A stretch of 64,000 nt of DNA from an uncultured Rickettsia sp. (GCA_964515755.1 CAZEVK010000001.1:64962-128961); one strand, 5' to 3'; numbered from the stretch's first letter, positions 1 through 10,487 are shown. The notes: generated by a model not told the origin, from the letters alone. Numbers and translations: made by a program.

Positions 1-1
1 C

Positions 2-310
2 ACTAAAGGTGAGCTACAAAAACTGGGAGTATTCTGGTATTCTTCAAATAGCCCAGAATTACCGTATGTAACTAGACTTCATACACATTATAGCCCTGAA
101 TATAGTCAATATAGCTTGGCAGATAATATAAAATTTGAAGAAACGACCAAACGGTTCAAATACCAGACATACTTTAATTTAAGATACCATATAACTATGA
201 CGCAATCTAAGTGTAAAGATCGTTATTACAAAGAGGTGCAAAAAGCTAAAGCTGAGGAAGATAAAAATTCTCTTAAATTAGCACTAAAACCTTGGCTTAC
301 TTATCAATAG
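2..310 (+). CDS. C-terminal part of a DUF2330-like secreted protein (5' end lies outside the window); paralog of 19807..21042
   Basis: Frame 2 is open from the window edge. Its translation (..ELQKLGVFWY..YVTRLHTHY..KYQTYFNLRYH..QSKCKDRYY..) aligns by eye with the C-terminus of the 411-aa protein at 19807..21042 (..ELSTLGTFWY..YVTRLHTQY..KYQTYFNIKHP..QSKCGDEYA..). The track ORF 116..310 is only its tail. Confidence 0.6.
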   Translation, partial: TKGELQKLGVFWYSSNSPELPYVTRLHTHYSPEYSQYSLADNIKFEETTKRFKYQTYFNLRYHITMTQSKCKDRYYKEVQKAKAEEDKNSLKLALKPWLTYQ

Positions 311-648
311 TAAAATTTAAAGTGTTAAATTTTAATTAGATTTTTTATCATTTCAAAATTTTTATGCTCTAAATTTATTGCCAACTTGGCTTTTCAATTA
401 TTATACAAAAATCTATATCAAAAACTAACAAATGCTTTAAAGTGAGCTAAATCTTTATTCTTACCGCCTCTTGAATCATACTAGATATCAATCTAAAAAT
501 TATATATAATAATTTCTATAGTAACTTTGAATTTATAGTGATTTTTTTTACAAAAAGTTAGTAAGATTATAGTTATTCTTGCGAGACACTAAGTAAAGTT
601 TTTAGCAAAACTATTAAGATACTGTGTAATTTTCTGGCGGAGGCAAAA

Positions 649-1437
649 ATGTATACAAAGCTTATCATCCGTATAAACGAACGAGAGATAGAATTTCAAG
701 CGCATGAAATTGTTCTTATAGCTCAAAACGTAATTGACAACTATGCACTTCCTGAAGATATTGCAACTCAAGTGTTTATGCCGACACCTTCAATATATAG
801 AGCTTTTGTTTCAAAAAGAGCTAATGATTTAACAGACATAGATGTTATTGAAGGTAAGTTTGACCCTTATATTACAATACCTATGCATATACGAGATATT
901 AATTCTTCTGCAAAGTGGCTGTATATAATTCAAGAGTTACGCTTGCTATATTCACAAGATTGTCAAACTCACTCAATGCTATCATCTTATAGGGATTCAG
1001 CTAGGCTCTCTGATAAAGATACAAGAAAATTGCTTGTTGAAGATGTAAGTGACTATATTTTATATGTCGACCAAGAAGGCCGAACAAGAGATTTTAAAGC
1101 AAAAGATGAACCAAAAAAAACAAAATTATCTACTGGTATATGGATTATAATTGCTGATCGTTTAATCTTAATTAAAAATACCGCTGAGATGACCTATTAC
1201 GTTAGCGATCATGGTGATGTAATCGATGTGATTGATAAAGTAAAACATTTGGCGTTTGATATAGATTGGACTAATCCTCATTGGGCTAAAGCTATAGTTC
1301 TTGTTGAACAAGAAGTAAAAGGAATGAGCCTAGAAGAATTAACAGCTTTCAAAGCAGAATTTACACAACAAATACATCAAGTTAGTGATAAGGACATTAA
1401 GTTTTTAAGCTCACAATATCCTGGCAAAACGAATTAG
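649..1437 (+). CDS. Hypothetical protein; possibly the N-terminal part of the disrupted OTU effector gene downstream
   Basis: 262-aa ORF with a GGAGG Shine-Dalgarno 6-10 nt upstream of the ATG. I recognise no family motif. The downstream frame is already open from 1401 and overlaps this ORF's end. Confidence 0.5.
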   Translation: MYTKLIIRINEREIEFQAHEIVLIAQNVIDNYALPEDIATQVFMPTPSIYRAFVSKRANDLTDIDVIEGKFDPYITIPMHIRDINSSAKWLYIIQELRLLYSQDCQTHSMLSSYRDSARLSDKDTRKLLVEDVSDYILYVDQEGRTRDFKAKDEPKKTKLSTGIWIIIADRLILIKNTAEMTYYVSDHGDVIDVIDKVKHLAFDIDWTNPHWAKAIVLVEQEVKGMSLEELTAFKAEFTQQIHQVSDKDIKFLSSQYPGKTN

Positions 1438-1538
1438 AACTATATGAAATCGCTAAAGATGCTGCAGAGGAATTTACAAATGACTCTGTTTTATCTTTTT
1501 TAGATTTAGACGAAAGTAATCGATTTGTTATTCACGTT

Positions 1539-3467
1539 TTGCTCAAAAAATTCATGCAAATGAAATTTAGAGACCATCGAAATTTTGACCATGCAATATA
1601 TCGTGGTTTCTATGTTTATGATGTTGATGGCAATCCTATAGATGAAGATACTATAAATGGAATCTATAGACCGTGGGAAGTAAGAATGGAAGATGCAAAA
1701 AATTTAATTAAAAGAATGGTCTTGCAAGGAGTTGCTGATGATATAAATTTTGGGCTTCATGAACCATTATTTAGACCTATAACTTCTTATGGAGATAGGG
1801 ATAAAGGTTCAAGTTATCATGTCTTTGCTGAAGCCGTAAAAATTTATTTTGCAGCTAAAGAACATATGTCAGATGCTGAAATTGCTTCTGCTATAAGGCT
1901 TATTTTAATGGGACATACGCCAAAGCTTGGAGAAGCTAGTTTTGTTCCTAATTTAGTTGCTGCATGGTTTATTTCAGAGCCCATTAGAAATCCTTCTGCT
2001 TTCCTATCAGGTATGATGCTACTTGATATGATAGAAAGCGGTATTGTACTTCCTGACACGAATGGAAACAATTGGTACGCATTATATCATACTTTAGTTC
2101 ATCCTTTAAAAGACTCTGGAGAAGGTAAAGTACAAGATTTATATGGTTCAAAAGAAGGTATAGATCGTTTTGGAGGATCGCACCCAATGGCGCATGGTGG
2201 ATCAGTTACCGATTCCGTACTGCCTGAAGAAGGTAAAAAACTAACTGCTGTACGACAAAAAGAGGCTAGCCTTTATTTTCACTGGCTAAAGGTTCGTTTG
2301 GAAAAAATGGGTATAGAATGCCGTTTAGTAAGTGACGCCGATGAAAAACTCAAGGCTTCTGATGTGAAATTTTCAAATCTAGAAAAGGCAAATGAACATT
2401 ATCAGCAGAAATTAGCAGCGTTAGATAAAAAGATAGCAAACGCAGAAAAAGATTATAGGCTCTCAAAAAGTGATTTATCCAAAGGAAAAGCCAAGAAAAA
2501 ATTAGAAGATTTTGCTGCAGAGAAAGAAGCTTTAAAAGCAAATTTTGAAGTCATAAGGCAAGATTTATTATTAAAAGAAATCATAACAATGAAATATATA
2601 ACCCCTTTGTTGCATGAAAGGTTAGATACCCTTGGCAATTTGTTAAGCTACGTTGGAGTAACAGATACTTTGGTTACAACTATGTCCGATAGTAGCTCTG
2701 CAACGTTCACAGCTTCCTCTAGTATAGGCTATATAGGGTCAGGGCTTGGGATAATGGCAATAGATATGGATGGAAACTGCATGTTTAATAGTTTACTCGC
2801 TGCTGTCAGAAGGTTAACAAGTTATGAAGGTAATAGACATAGAACTTTAGAGGAGTTAAGAAAAGAAATTGCAGAAGAGATTGAGCAAAATCAAGCTCTA
2901 TATTTTGAAGCTCTGGAAGTGCAAATTTTTGAAAATATTAGAGATGGCGACTTTGCTGGATTTTAAGGAGTTTTTCGTACCATAATTCAAGAGCTTCACT
3001 TTACAAGAGAAAATGCAAGAGCAAGAGGTGAAAATCTGGTGATTGTGGATGACAATATAAGAGAATTAATAGCAACTGGCGGTATAGTTGGAGACTATAT
3101 TAACATGATACAACATAATGCAGCTTGGGGAGGTAATGTTGAGCTTGGTATACTAAGCCGCATTATGGGTGTTCAAATTATTGTTCATCGTCGAAATGGA
3201 AATATTGATCCTCCAATCAATAATACAGGCAATCTAAATGCTCTGGAAGTGCATTTAGACTATAATGGAGGCCATTATAATTTGATAATTATGCCTGGCA
3301 TGGAACAAGACCCCTTATTAGAATCTACAGTTCCATCAAGTAATAATACTGATACTTTAGATACATTTTCTATACAAACGAGTCATGATCTTGCTGACAA
3401 TTCTGAATCCATATTACTAGGGTTAGAATCAATGGCAAATATAGGAGTTAGCTTTTATAGTCTTTAA
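1539..3467 (+). pseudogene. OTU-family cysteine protease (deubiquitinase-like, effector candidate) interrupted by a single in-frame TAA
   Basis: The Cys box MDGNCMFNSLLAAV lies in ORF 1539..2966. The His box HLDYNGGHYNLI and the preceding AAWGGNVELGILS lie in ORF 3039..3467. Both ORFs are in the same frame (start coordinates 1539 and 3039 are both divisible by 3). Reading by hand, only one stop (TAA at 2964-2966) separates them. A coiled-coil-like K/E-rich segment precedes the OTU domain. Confidence 0.75.
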
Positions 3468-3777
3468 AAAGCATTTGTAACAATCTATCTTATTACGACA
3501 ATTCTGTATTTTATTAGCGCATTGCTTTATATTTTAGCCCAATAGTGAATCAGCAATTTCAAGCTTTTTAGCTTGCATTTAGCTTAGCCTTTTGTTAGCA
3601 AAGTAACACCAGCTCTTATTTTGTTTTATAGTTTATAAGCCCATTAGTTATCATAGCAATTTATAATTAAAGTAATGATTTAATTTATATTTGTAATCCA
3701 ATCTTAATTTTTTATTAATGTAACTAATCTATACTTTAAGTAAGCAAGTTAGTTTATAGAGAGGCCAAATTATAAGT

Positions 3778-5364
3778 ATGCTTAAAAAGAAAAAAATTGA
3801 TATATTAATAGTTGGCGCTGGACCTAGTGGTTTAGCGATGGCTTACGAATTAACTAGACGAGGAATAAGCTGTAGAATAATAGAAAAGTTATCTAAACCC
3901 TCAGATAAATCAAAAGCTTTAGGTATACAAGCTAGGTCATTAGAATTATTTGAACACATGGGTATATTAAACGACTTTCTAAAGGAAGGGTTGCGGTTAA
4001 AGTATCTTAATACTTATAGCAAGATTTCTGAACGCATAAGTCATATTGAAACAAAAAACATTCAGAGCACTTATCCTTTTGTTTTGATCATTCCTCAAAA
4101 TAAAACTGAACAAATTTTTATCAAAAATCTTAAAAAACTTGGAGTAAAGGTAGAAAGAAATCTTGAACTAACCAGCTATACAGAAATAAATGGAGGTGTA
4201 GTTGCAAGAATTAAAAATAATAAAGGTAAAATAGAAGAAAAATCCTTTAAATATTTGATTGGTAGTGATGGAGCACATAGTGTTTGTCGTGAACTAATGG
4301 GTACCAATTTTACGGGAGATCAATATAAAACAAATTGGATATTAACAGATGCGCATATAAAATGGCCATTAACGTTTGATGCAATGAGTGTTTTTTTCTC
4401 AAAAAATGGATTTTTAGCTGTATTTCCATTGAGTAAAAATCAGGTCAGGTTTGTAGCAAATTACAGTATTGATATTAGTCGTGAAGAATTGGAAAAAAAA
4501 TTAAATTTATCTTTTTTTCAAAAAATTGTTACTGAAAGAGCTGGACCTGGTATTAAAATAACACGAATTGGATGGATGTCAGCTTTTCTAGTTAATCATC
4601 GCATGGCTGATAAGATGTGTTCTAAAAATGTTTTTTTAATTGGTGATTCTGCACATATACATAGCCCGGCTGGTGGCCAAGGTATGAATACTGGTATTCA
4701 AGATGCGAATGCTCTAGCTTGGAAAATAGAACTTGTAATTAAAAATAAAGCAAAAGAAGAATTACTACAAAGCCACCAAGAAAGACTTAAAGTAATAAAA
4801 AATATTGTCGCTCTTTCTAACCAAATGACCGTTATGGGATCAATTAGAAACCATATTTTGCGTTTTTTTAGAAATAAAATTATATATTTATTATGTAAAT
4901 CTGATCACTTTAAGAGCTATCTTGTAAATAAAATTGCACAATTAAAATTAAATTATCGTCATAGCTCTATTGTTGTTGAAGATTGGAATAATAATTGCCA
5001 TTCAATTAAAGCAGGAGATTTATTTCCAGATATCGAACTTTTTGATAAAAAACATAAAAAAACTAGACTTAAAAAAGTTATAAAAGATCATAAGCACACT
5101 TTATTAATTTTTACCCAAAATAATAAGGCAGAGAATGTAGAAAGGCTTATTAAAACAAAGTATAAAGACGTAATAGATTTACTAACTATAAAAAACAAAG
5201 CATCTCTTAATAATTATAGCACTACTAATAATATTTTTAAGCAGCTTGAAATTAAAGAAACCGGACTTTATCTTTTAAGACCTGATGGATATGTTGCTTA
5301 TCGTAATCAGCCTATAGATTTAAATAAATTAGTTGCATATTTAAATATAATATTTAATCACTAA
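3778..5364 (+). CDS. FAD-dependent aromatic-ring monooxygenase/hydroxylase family protein
   Basis: N-terminal GxGxxG dinucleotide fold (DILIVGAGPSGLAMAYEL), DG motif (IGSDGAHS) and GDSAHIHSPAGGQGMNTGIQDANALAWKI signature. The long C-terminal extension is typical of phenol-hydroxylase-like enzymes. Confidence 0.85.
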   Translation: MLKKKKIDILIVGAGPSGLAMAYELTRRGISCRIIEKLSKPSDKSKALGIQARSLELFEHMGILNDFLKEGLRLKYLNTYSKISERISHIETKNIQSTYPFVLIIPQNKTEQIFIKNLKKLGVKVERNLELTSYTEINGGVVARIKNNKGKIEEKSFKYLIGSDGAHSVCRELMGTNFTGDQYKTNWILTDAHIKWPLTFDAMSVFFSKNGFLAVFPLSKNQVRFVANYSIDISREELEKKLNLSFFQKIVTERAGPGIKITRIGWMSAFLVNHRMADKMCSKNVFLIGDSAHIHSPAGGQGMNTGIQDANALAWKIELVIKNKAKEELLQSHQERLKVIKNIVALSNQMTVMGSIRNHILRFFRNKIIYLLCKSDHFKSYLVNKIAQLKLNYRHSSIVVEDWNNNCHSIKAGDLFPDIELFDKKHKKTRLKKVIKDHKHTLLIFTQNNKAENVERLIKTKYKDVIDLLTIKNKASLNNYSTTNNIFKQLEIKETGLYLLRPDGYVAYRNQPIDLNKLVAYLNIIFNH

Positions 5365-5540
5365 AATCACTTTCACTTTAATTTTGTAAATTTTTCACAC
5401 CATAAATCTCAGGTCATGCTATAAATGTAGAGAAAATTTTGATATTTTAAGCGCTACTTTTTAGTATTAAAAAATAGTATTTCTATAACCTAGCAACCTT
5501 TTTTGGAGTGATTACGGTTTTTTACTGTTCTATTTGTAAC

Positions 5541-6539
5541 TTAAATTAACCTTGCACATATCTCATTAAATACTTCATCATTATTCTTAATATATTCTTC
5601 AGTTATATCTAGTAAAGCTTTTAAATTGTCACCATTTACATTATCCATTGCTTCCATCCCAGGTTGAAGCTCTACTTCTAGCCTATATCTATTATTTTTA
5701 AAAATACTCTTTGATATTGCCTCATCCATAAGCATCTCAGCATCCATCATATCGTCTACTAAGTCCTTATCTTTTAACCAGCCTATTACTCCATTATCAC
5801 CATTTTCAGCTTGTATTTTATGCTTCACTTCACCAGTACCGATTGAAACAAGTGTTACCTTATTTATATCAAAGCCTGGTTGCATAAAATTCATACTCAT
5901 TAAAGCAATTATTTCCGGATCGTTATCATATATTCCTCCATCAGATGCTGTAAATTTTATATTGCCCGAAATATTACTGATTATTTTTGGCGCAAAATAA
6001 GTAGGTGCAGCAGTTGCAACCTCTGCAATGTCTCGTAAATAAAAATCATATTTTTTATCTTTAAGTGCTGCTTTTGTACTAGCAATATTAGGTTTTGATC
6101 CTGTAATGGAGTAAATAGGTATAAACACATGGTATAATGTTTGGCTCAAATATAAATCACCAAACATATTGCTAAGAATTTTATCTAAATTATTTCTATT
6201 ATATTTTGCACCCCATAATCCAAAACCAGTCCATATATTTCTTAACAAAGATTTGTTAAAAATTTTTTTCGAATCATTGAGATATAAATTAACTATGTCT
6301 TGAGCAGAATGTTTAGAAGTTCCTTGCGTATTGGGAATTCCAAGACCTAAAACCACTAAACTTCCAGTACTAGTGCCAGTAGATATATCAAATAATTCTG
6401 ATGTGCGCTTGTTTGTCCTCTTTTCAATTTCTTGTAAAATACGTGCAGGTATTATACCTCTCACTCCACCACCATCAACTGATAAAATCCTTAATGTATT
6501 AGCTGTCATTTTTTGTATTTTTCTATATTTTATTATCAA
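5541..6539 (-). CDS. Patatin-like phospholipase
   Basis: Oxyanion motif SVDGGGVRG, nucleophile elbow GTSTG (GxSxG) and catalytic Asp motif SDGGIYDNDP. The start may be the downstream Met (MTANT..). Confidence 0.9.
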   Translation of the reverse strand: MIIKYRKIQKMTANTLRILSVDGGGVRGIIPARILQEIEKRTNKRTSELFDISTGTSTGSLVVLGLGIPNTQGTSKHSAQDIVNLYLNDSKKIFNKSLLRNIWTGFGLWGAKYNRNNLDKILSNMFGDLYLSQTLYHVFIPIYSITGSKPNIASTKAALKDKKYDFYLRDIAEVATAAPTYFAPKIISNISGNIKFTASDGGIYDNDPEIIALMSMNFMQPGFDINKVTLVSIGTGEVKHKIQAENGDNGVIGWLKDKDLVDDMMDAEMLMDEAISKSIFKNNRYRLEVELQPGMEAMDNVNGDNLKALLDITEEYIKNNDEVFNEICARLI

Positions 6540-6616
6540 TTTTGATTAAGCTTAAGCTATCTTTTTATAATTCCTTTAATATTAGCAAAAAATACTTAAT
6601 TTTTGATTTTTAGAAT

Positions 6617-7555
6617 TTATGACTTATCTTTTTTAAGTTTATCAAAAACAGTTAGCATTTGTGCTACCATAGAGCCAGTATCATGAGCATGCGCCGGTAC
6701 TATTAGGGTAGTGCTTTCTTTAGCAAGTTGCTTAAAAGCTTCAACATACTGTTCTGCCACTCTAAGAGTCATAGCTTCATTTCCACCTTTAGAGTGAATG
6801 CTTTGCGCAATTGCGGTTATACCTTTAGCTGTAGAATCAGCAACTAGCAATATAGCCTCCGCCTCTCCCTTAGCTCTATTAACTTTGTCGATGAGAGCAG
6901 CTTCTGATTGTAATACTACTTCTTGTTTATAAGCTTCAGCAATATTAATTTGAGCTTGTCTTTTGCCTTCGGATTCTAAAATTTCAGCTCTTTTCTTTCT
7001 TTCAGCAGCCATTTGTAATTCCATAGCCTGAAGTACAGTTTGCGGCGGATTAATATCTTTAATTTCATACCTCATACATTGAATACCCCAATTAATCGCT
7101 GCTTCGTTAATTGATAAAACTATATTAGTATTCATAGCATCTCTTTCCTCAAAAGTTTTATCTAAAGTCATTTTTCCTATTTCCGAACGCATAGTAGTTT
7201 GAGCAAGCTGAACAACTGCGTAATAAGGATCATTTACCCCATAAGATGCTGCTTCTGCATCAACTATACGTACATACAATATTCCATCTAATCTTAGAGT
7301 AACATTATCATTAGTAATTGCTGTTTGCTCCATCACATCTATTGCCTGTTCTTTTAAAGAATGTTTGTAAGCGACTCTATCAATAAAAGGAATTAGAATA
7401 TTTAATCCAGGTTGTGATTTATTATGAAACTTTCCTAACCTTTCGATAATCCATACTTCTTGTTGAGGTACAACTCTTATAGCCTGAAATGCTATAACTA
7501 AAAATAATATTAACAATATAATTAAGTACATCGATATGCTAGGTTCTATGATCAT
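6617..7555 (-). CDS. SPFH/band-7 (stomatin/paraslipin-like) membrane protein
   Basis: N-terminal TM helix followed by an SPFH core (RVVPQQEVWIIERLGKF..GLNILIPFIDRV..TNDNV..DGILYVRI..) and a coiled-coil A/E/K-rich tail. Sits 5 nt downstream of the NfeD gene. Confidence 0.9.
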   Translation of the reverse strand: MIIEPSISMYLIILLILFLVIAFQAIRVVPQQEVWIIERLGKFHNKSQPGLNILIPFIDRVAYKHSLKEQAIDVMEQTAITNDNVTLRLDGILYVRIVDAEAASYGVNDPYYAVVQLAQTTMRSEIGKMTLDKTFEERDAMNTNIVLSINEAAINWGIQCMRYEIKDINPPQTVLQAMELQMAAERKKRAEILESEGKRQAQINIAEAYKQEVVLQSEAALIDKVNRAKGEAEAILLVADSTAKGITAIAQSIHSKGGNEAMTLRVAEQYVEAFKQLAKESTTLIVPAHAHDTGSMVAQMLTVFDKLKKDKS

Positions 7556-7560
7556 TCTTT

Positions 7561-8004
7561 CTATTCCTTAGTTGATTTAATAAATAAAATATTTCCTTTA
7601 ACTTTAACAATTTTGACTGTTTCTCCTTCTTTTATATAATCATTAGTATCTATTAGTTGAGCATTCATAATAGTTCCCGACCATTTGACATTACCTATGG
7701 TATGACCTTTTATGTCACTATAAATTACTATAGCTTCCTTACCTACAATATCGCTGTAATTTTTCATAGTTTGCATGTGAGCTTTTTTAAAAAATTTCCA
7801 GAATATTAAAAAGTAGAGAGAACTTAGACTTACTAAAGCTAATAATATGCTTAATAAATTATCTCCTTTTATTATATTACACTCTATTAGACCAGCTACT
7901 GATAAAGCTCCAATGCCAATAAATAAAAATCCTATACCTGAAATAAATCCCATCTCTAGAATTATAGATACTACTCCTAATATAGTTAGCCATAATTGTT
8001 CCAT
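7561..8004 (-). CDS. NfeD-family membrane protein (partner of the SPFH protein)
   Basis: Three or four N-terminal TM helices plus a C-terminal OB-like segment (GKEAIV..GNVKWSGTIMNA..EGETVKIVKVKGNILFI). Classic NfeD-stomatin operon arrangement. Confidence 0.8.
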   Translation of the reverse strand: MEQLWLTILGVVSIILEMGFISGIGFLFIGIGALSVAGLIECNIIKGDNLLSILLALVSLSSLYFLIFWKFFKKAHMQTMKNYSDIVGKEAIVIYSDIKGHTIGNVKWSGTIMNAQLIDTNDYIKEGETVKIVKVKGNILFIKSTKE

Positions 8005-8289
8005 TAGTTTTTATCTTTTTTGCTATTTTGCTATAAGACTACATAAACTGATCTTCTCAGTTTTAATTAATTTATAATCTTACTCTGATTTACTTGTTTG
8101 TCCAGTTTTTCCTGGGCACATAACAACAATTCAAATAAAATAATTTTATTAGAATGATATGCTTTTTATCATGAATTTGTTTTGCTTAAAGTAAGTAAAA
8201 TCTATTAGTATTAGCTGATAGTATATATACTAAACGTTCGAATAGGCTGGTATACAATATTTAACTAAAGTAAAGTGGTTTAATTAACT

Positions 8290-8769
8290 ATGAGAAAAAC
8301 TCCTTCATATCTAAATTTTGATAACCTAAATTATAAATGGAAAAATAATGTAGATTATCGTAAAAATCAAGATAAATATCAGGTTGGTAAAGGTGAGCAA
8401 GGTGTATTAATTTGTGAACCATATAAAACTGAAATATTACCTTTTTGGAAATTTAAAGATCGATACATAGCAGCTGAAAGTAGTGATAAAATATATCAAT
8501 TATTTCTCGATTATTTAAATAAAAAAGAATTTATTGGTGCTGATATGGCAAGAAAATATTTACAAATGGGATTTACTCGTGCAAGAAGATATGCAAATTA
8601 TAAAGGTGGACTCAAATATAGCAAAGAGGACTATCATTTACTGGAGAAGTTTACAGGTGATCCAGAAAAAATAATAAGTGCTGAAATATTCTATAAGAAA
8701 TGGCAAGAAGCAGAAAATCACCCTATTTATGCTAAAATGAAAGCCGAATGGAAGAAAAAATTTGGATAA
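8290..8769 (+). CDS. DUF4385-like protein
   Basis: Motifs GKGEQGVL..EPYKTEILPFWKF.. and GADMARKYLQMGFTRARRYANYKGG match my recollection of the DUF4385 family. Not verified against a database. Confidence 0.55.
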   Translation: MRKTPSYLNFDNLNYKWKNNVDYRKNQDKYQVGKGEQGVLICEPYKTEILPFWKFKDRYIAAESSDKIYQLFLDYLNKKEFIGADMARKYLQMGFTRARRYANYKGGLKYSKEDYHLLEKFTGDPEKIISAEIFYKKWQEAENHPIYAKMKAEWKKKFG

Positions 8770-8897
8770 ATTAAAGTAAAATATACGTAATATAAAAAAT
8801 ATCATGAAAAATAAATATTTATTTTTTAAAAGAATTTACTAGGTATATTTTGGTATAACAAAGTTAATAAAATATCTAATTTATTTTGACTTATACT

Positions 8898-9962
8898 CTA
8901 CCGTTGCTTGTTTATTTTTTCATGATTAATTAGCCACTTTTTACGTGCAATGCCACCACCATATCCACCGAGCTCACCATTACTATTGATTATACGATGG
9001 CAAGGAATGATAATAGCATGTTGATTTGCACCGTTAGCATTAGCCACTGCTCTGAATGCTGTGGGCTTCCCAATAATAGAAGCTTGTTTCAAATAGCTTC
9101 TTATCTCACCATAAGGGATTTCAATAAGTGCTTGCCATGCTAATTTTTGAAACTCACTACCGGTCAAACATAATTTTGTTTTGAAACTATGCAAATCTCC
9201 ATCAAAATATGCCTCTAGCTCTTTCTGAATGCTCTCAATTGGCTTGCTAAGTCCAGGAATAATTGCTGAATTTGTTTTTATACGAAGCTTTTTAACTTCA
9301 TTCTCAAGTCCCCTTCTATCAACAAACTCTAGCAAATACAGAAATTCATCATCAGCTATAGCGATCATTGGTCCAAGAATTGTATCAAGCCAAGCCGCTT
9401 TTAGTATATTATAGTCAACAGAAACTTTAGTTGGTGGTGCACCCATTATTTTAGAAAAGGCATCTCTGAAGCCGCTTGAAGACTCGTATCCCGCATCTAA
9501 TTGTGCATCTATCACATTTTCTCCTGATCTTATTTGTTTCATAGCAATTCCCATACGTCTACTTCTAGCATATTCTACAAATGTCATACCAAATCTCTTT
9601 TTAAATTGTCTGCGCGCTGTTGATTCGTCTATTTTTATTTCTTTAAAATCTGCAGCTTTCCATCTTTTTTCAGGATTTTCCTCCACTAGTTTAACGAGCC
9701 TTGCTACTAAACTCGAAACATGATTTGGATGTGAAAGTGGCTTACATCTTTTGCATGGACGAAAAGAAGCAAGTAAAGCTTGTTTTGCATTATCAAAAAA
9801 TTCACAATTTTCAAATTTTGGCTTCCTAGCCGAGCAAGTAGGACGACAAAATACACCTGTAGTTTTGACGCCAACATAAAAAATACCATCATATTCACTA
9901 TTTTTATCTAGTAATGCTTTATATAATTCTTTCTTTTTTTTATCTGTGATCATTTTATGCAT
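8898..9962 (-). CDS. ada: Bifunctional Ada: methylphosphotriester-DNA methyltransferase/AraC-type regulator plus O6-methylguanine-DNA methyltransferase
   Basis: N-terminal Zn-Cys cluster (GVFCRPTCSARKPKFENCEFF..CKRCKP), central AraC-type HTH, and a C-terminal MGMT active site IIIPCHRII. At 354 aa it matches the usual Ada length. Confidence 0.85.
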   Translation of the reverse strand: MHKMITDKKKKELYKALLDKNSEYDGIFYVGVKTTGVFCRPTCSARKPKFENCEFFDNAKQALLASFRPCKRCKPLSHPNHVSSLVARLVKLVEENPEKRWKAADFKEIKIDESTARRQFKKRFGMTFVEYARSRRMGIAMKQIRSGENVIDAQLDAGYESSSGFRDAFSKIMGAPPTKVSVDYNILKAAWLDTILGPMIAIADDEFLYLLEFVDRRGLENEVKKLRIKTNSAIIPGLSKPIESIQKELEAYFDGDLHSFKTKLCLTGSEFQKLAWQALIEIPYGEIRSYLKQASIIGKPTAFRAVANANGANQHAIIIPCHRIINSNGELGGYGGGIARKKWLINHEKINKQR

Positions 9963-10208
9963 CTTTAAAATAATGATAATTTTTAAAAAATTATATCAGC
10001 TAAAAAATTAGACGCGACCGAAAATCAGGCATTGATTTTTTATAGATAAAAAATGAATTAAAAATTACTGCAGTAACTATTTCAACTAAGAAAAATACAT
10101 TATTTCCTTTTTAGTTTATTCAATAAATAGCTTGCTCTAAGTAAATTATATGAAAAATAAGATAAATAGATTACTTGAAAAAAAGTATGTTTGTGCTATA
10201 GTTCAATC

Positions 10209-10487
10209 ATGCTAAGTTTTATAGACTATATAATAAATTATCAAGAAATTTTAGGATTTATAGCTGCTACGCTTGGCTCTGTTTCTTTTTTACCACAAGT
10301 TGTTAAAATATGGAGATTAAGGTCTGTAAAAGACATATCTACTAGTATGTATATATTATATACTATTAGCGTAATATTATGGTTGATTTATGGTATTGTT
10401 ATAAAATCTGCACCACTTATCATAGCTGAGATAGTAACACTAATTCTGGTATCTACAATTCTTGTAATGAAGTATTTATGGAAATAA
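10209..10487 (+). CDS. SemiSWEET / PQ-loop small sugar transporter
   Basis: About 92 aa with three TM helices and the PQ motif (SFLPQVVKIWRLRSVKDIS). The track ORF starts at a TTG at 10191; the ATG at 10209 gives a typical length. Confidence 0.7.
   Translation: MLSFIDYIINYQEILGFIAATLGSVSFLPQVVKIWRLRSVKDISTSMYILYTISVILWLIYGIVIKSAPLIIAEIVTLILVSTILVMKYLWK

Noticed and set aside
5541-8004. Interpreting patatin plus SPFH plus NfeD as a phage-defence system
   Set aside because: No sensor, nuclease, cyclase or other defence-associated partner is present, and NfeD-SPFH pairs are ubiquitous housekeeping operons. The adjacency is reported as a low-interest finding only.
8807-8826. Perfect 20-nt palindrome AAAAATAAATATTTATTTTT between the convergent DUF4385 and ada genes (possible bidirectional terminator)
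   Set aside because: It consists only of A/T, with no GC-containing stem. Such palindromes are expected by chance in DNA of this composition. A similar weak AT hairpin near 5455-5485 was dismissed for the same reason.
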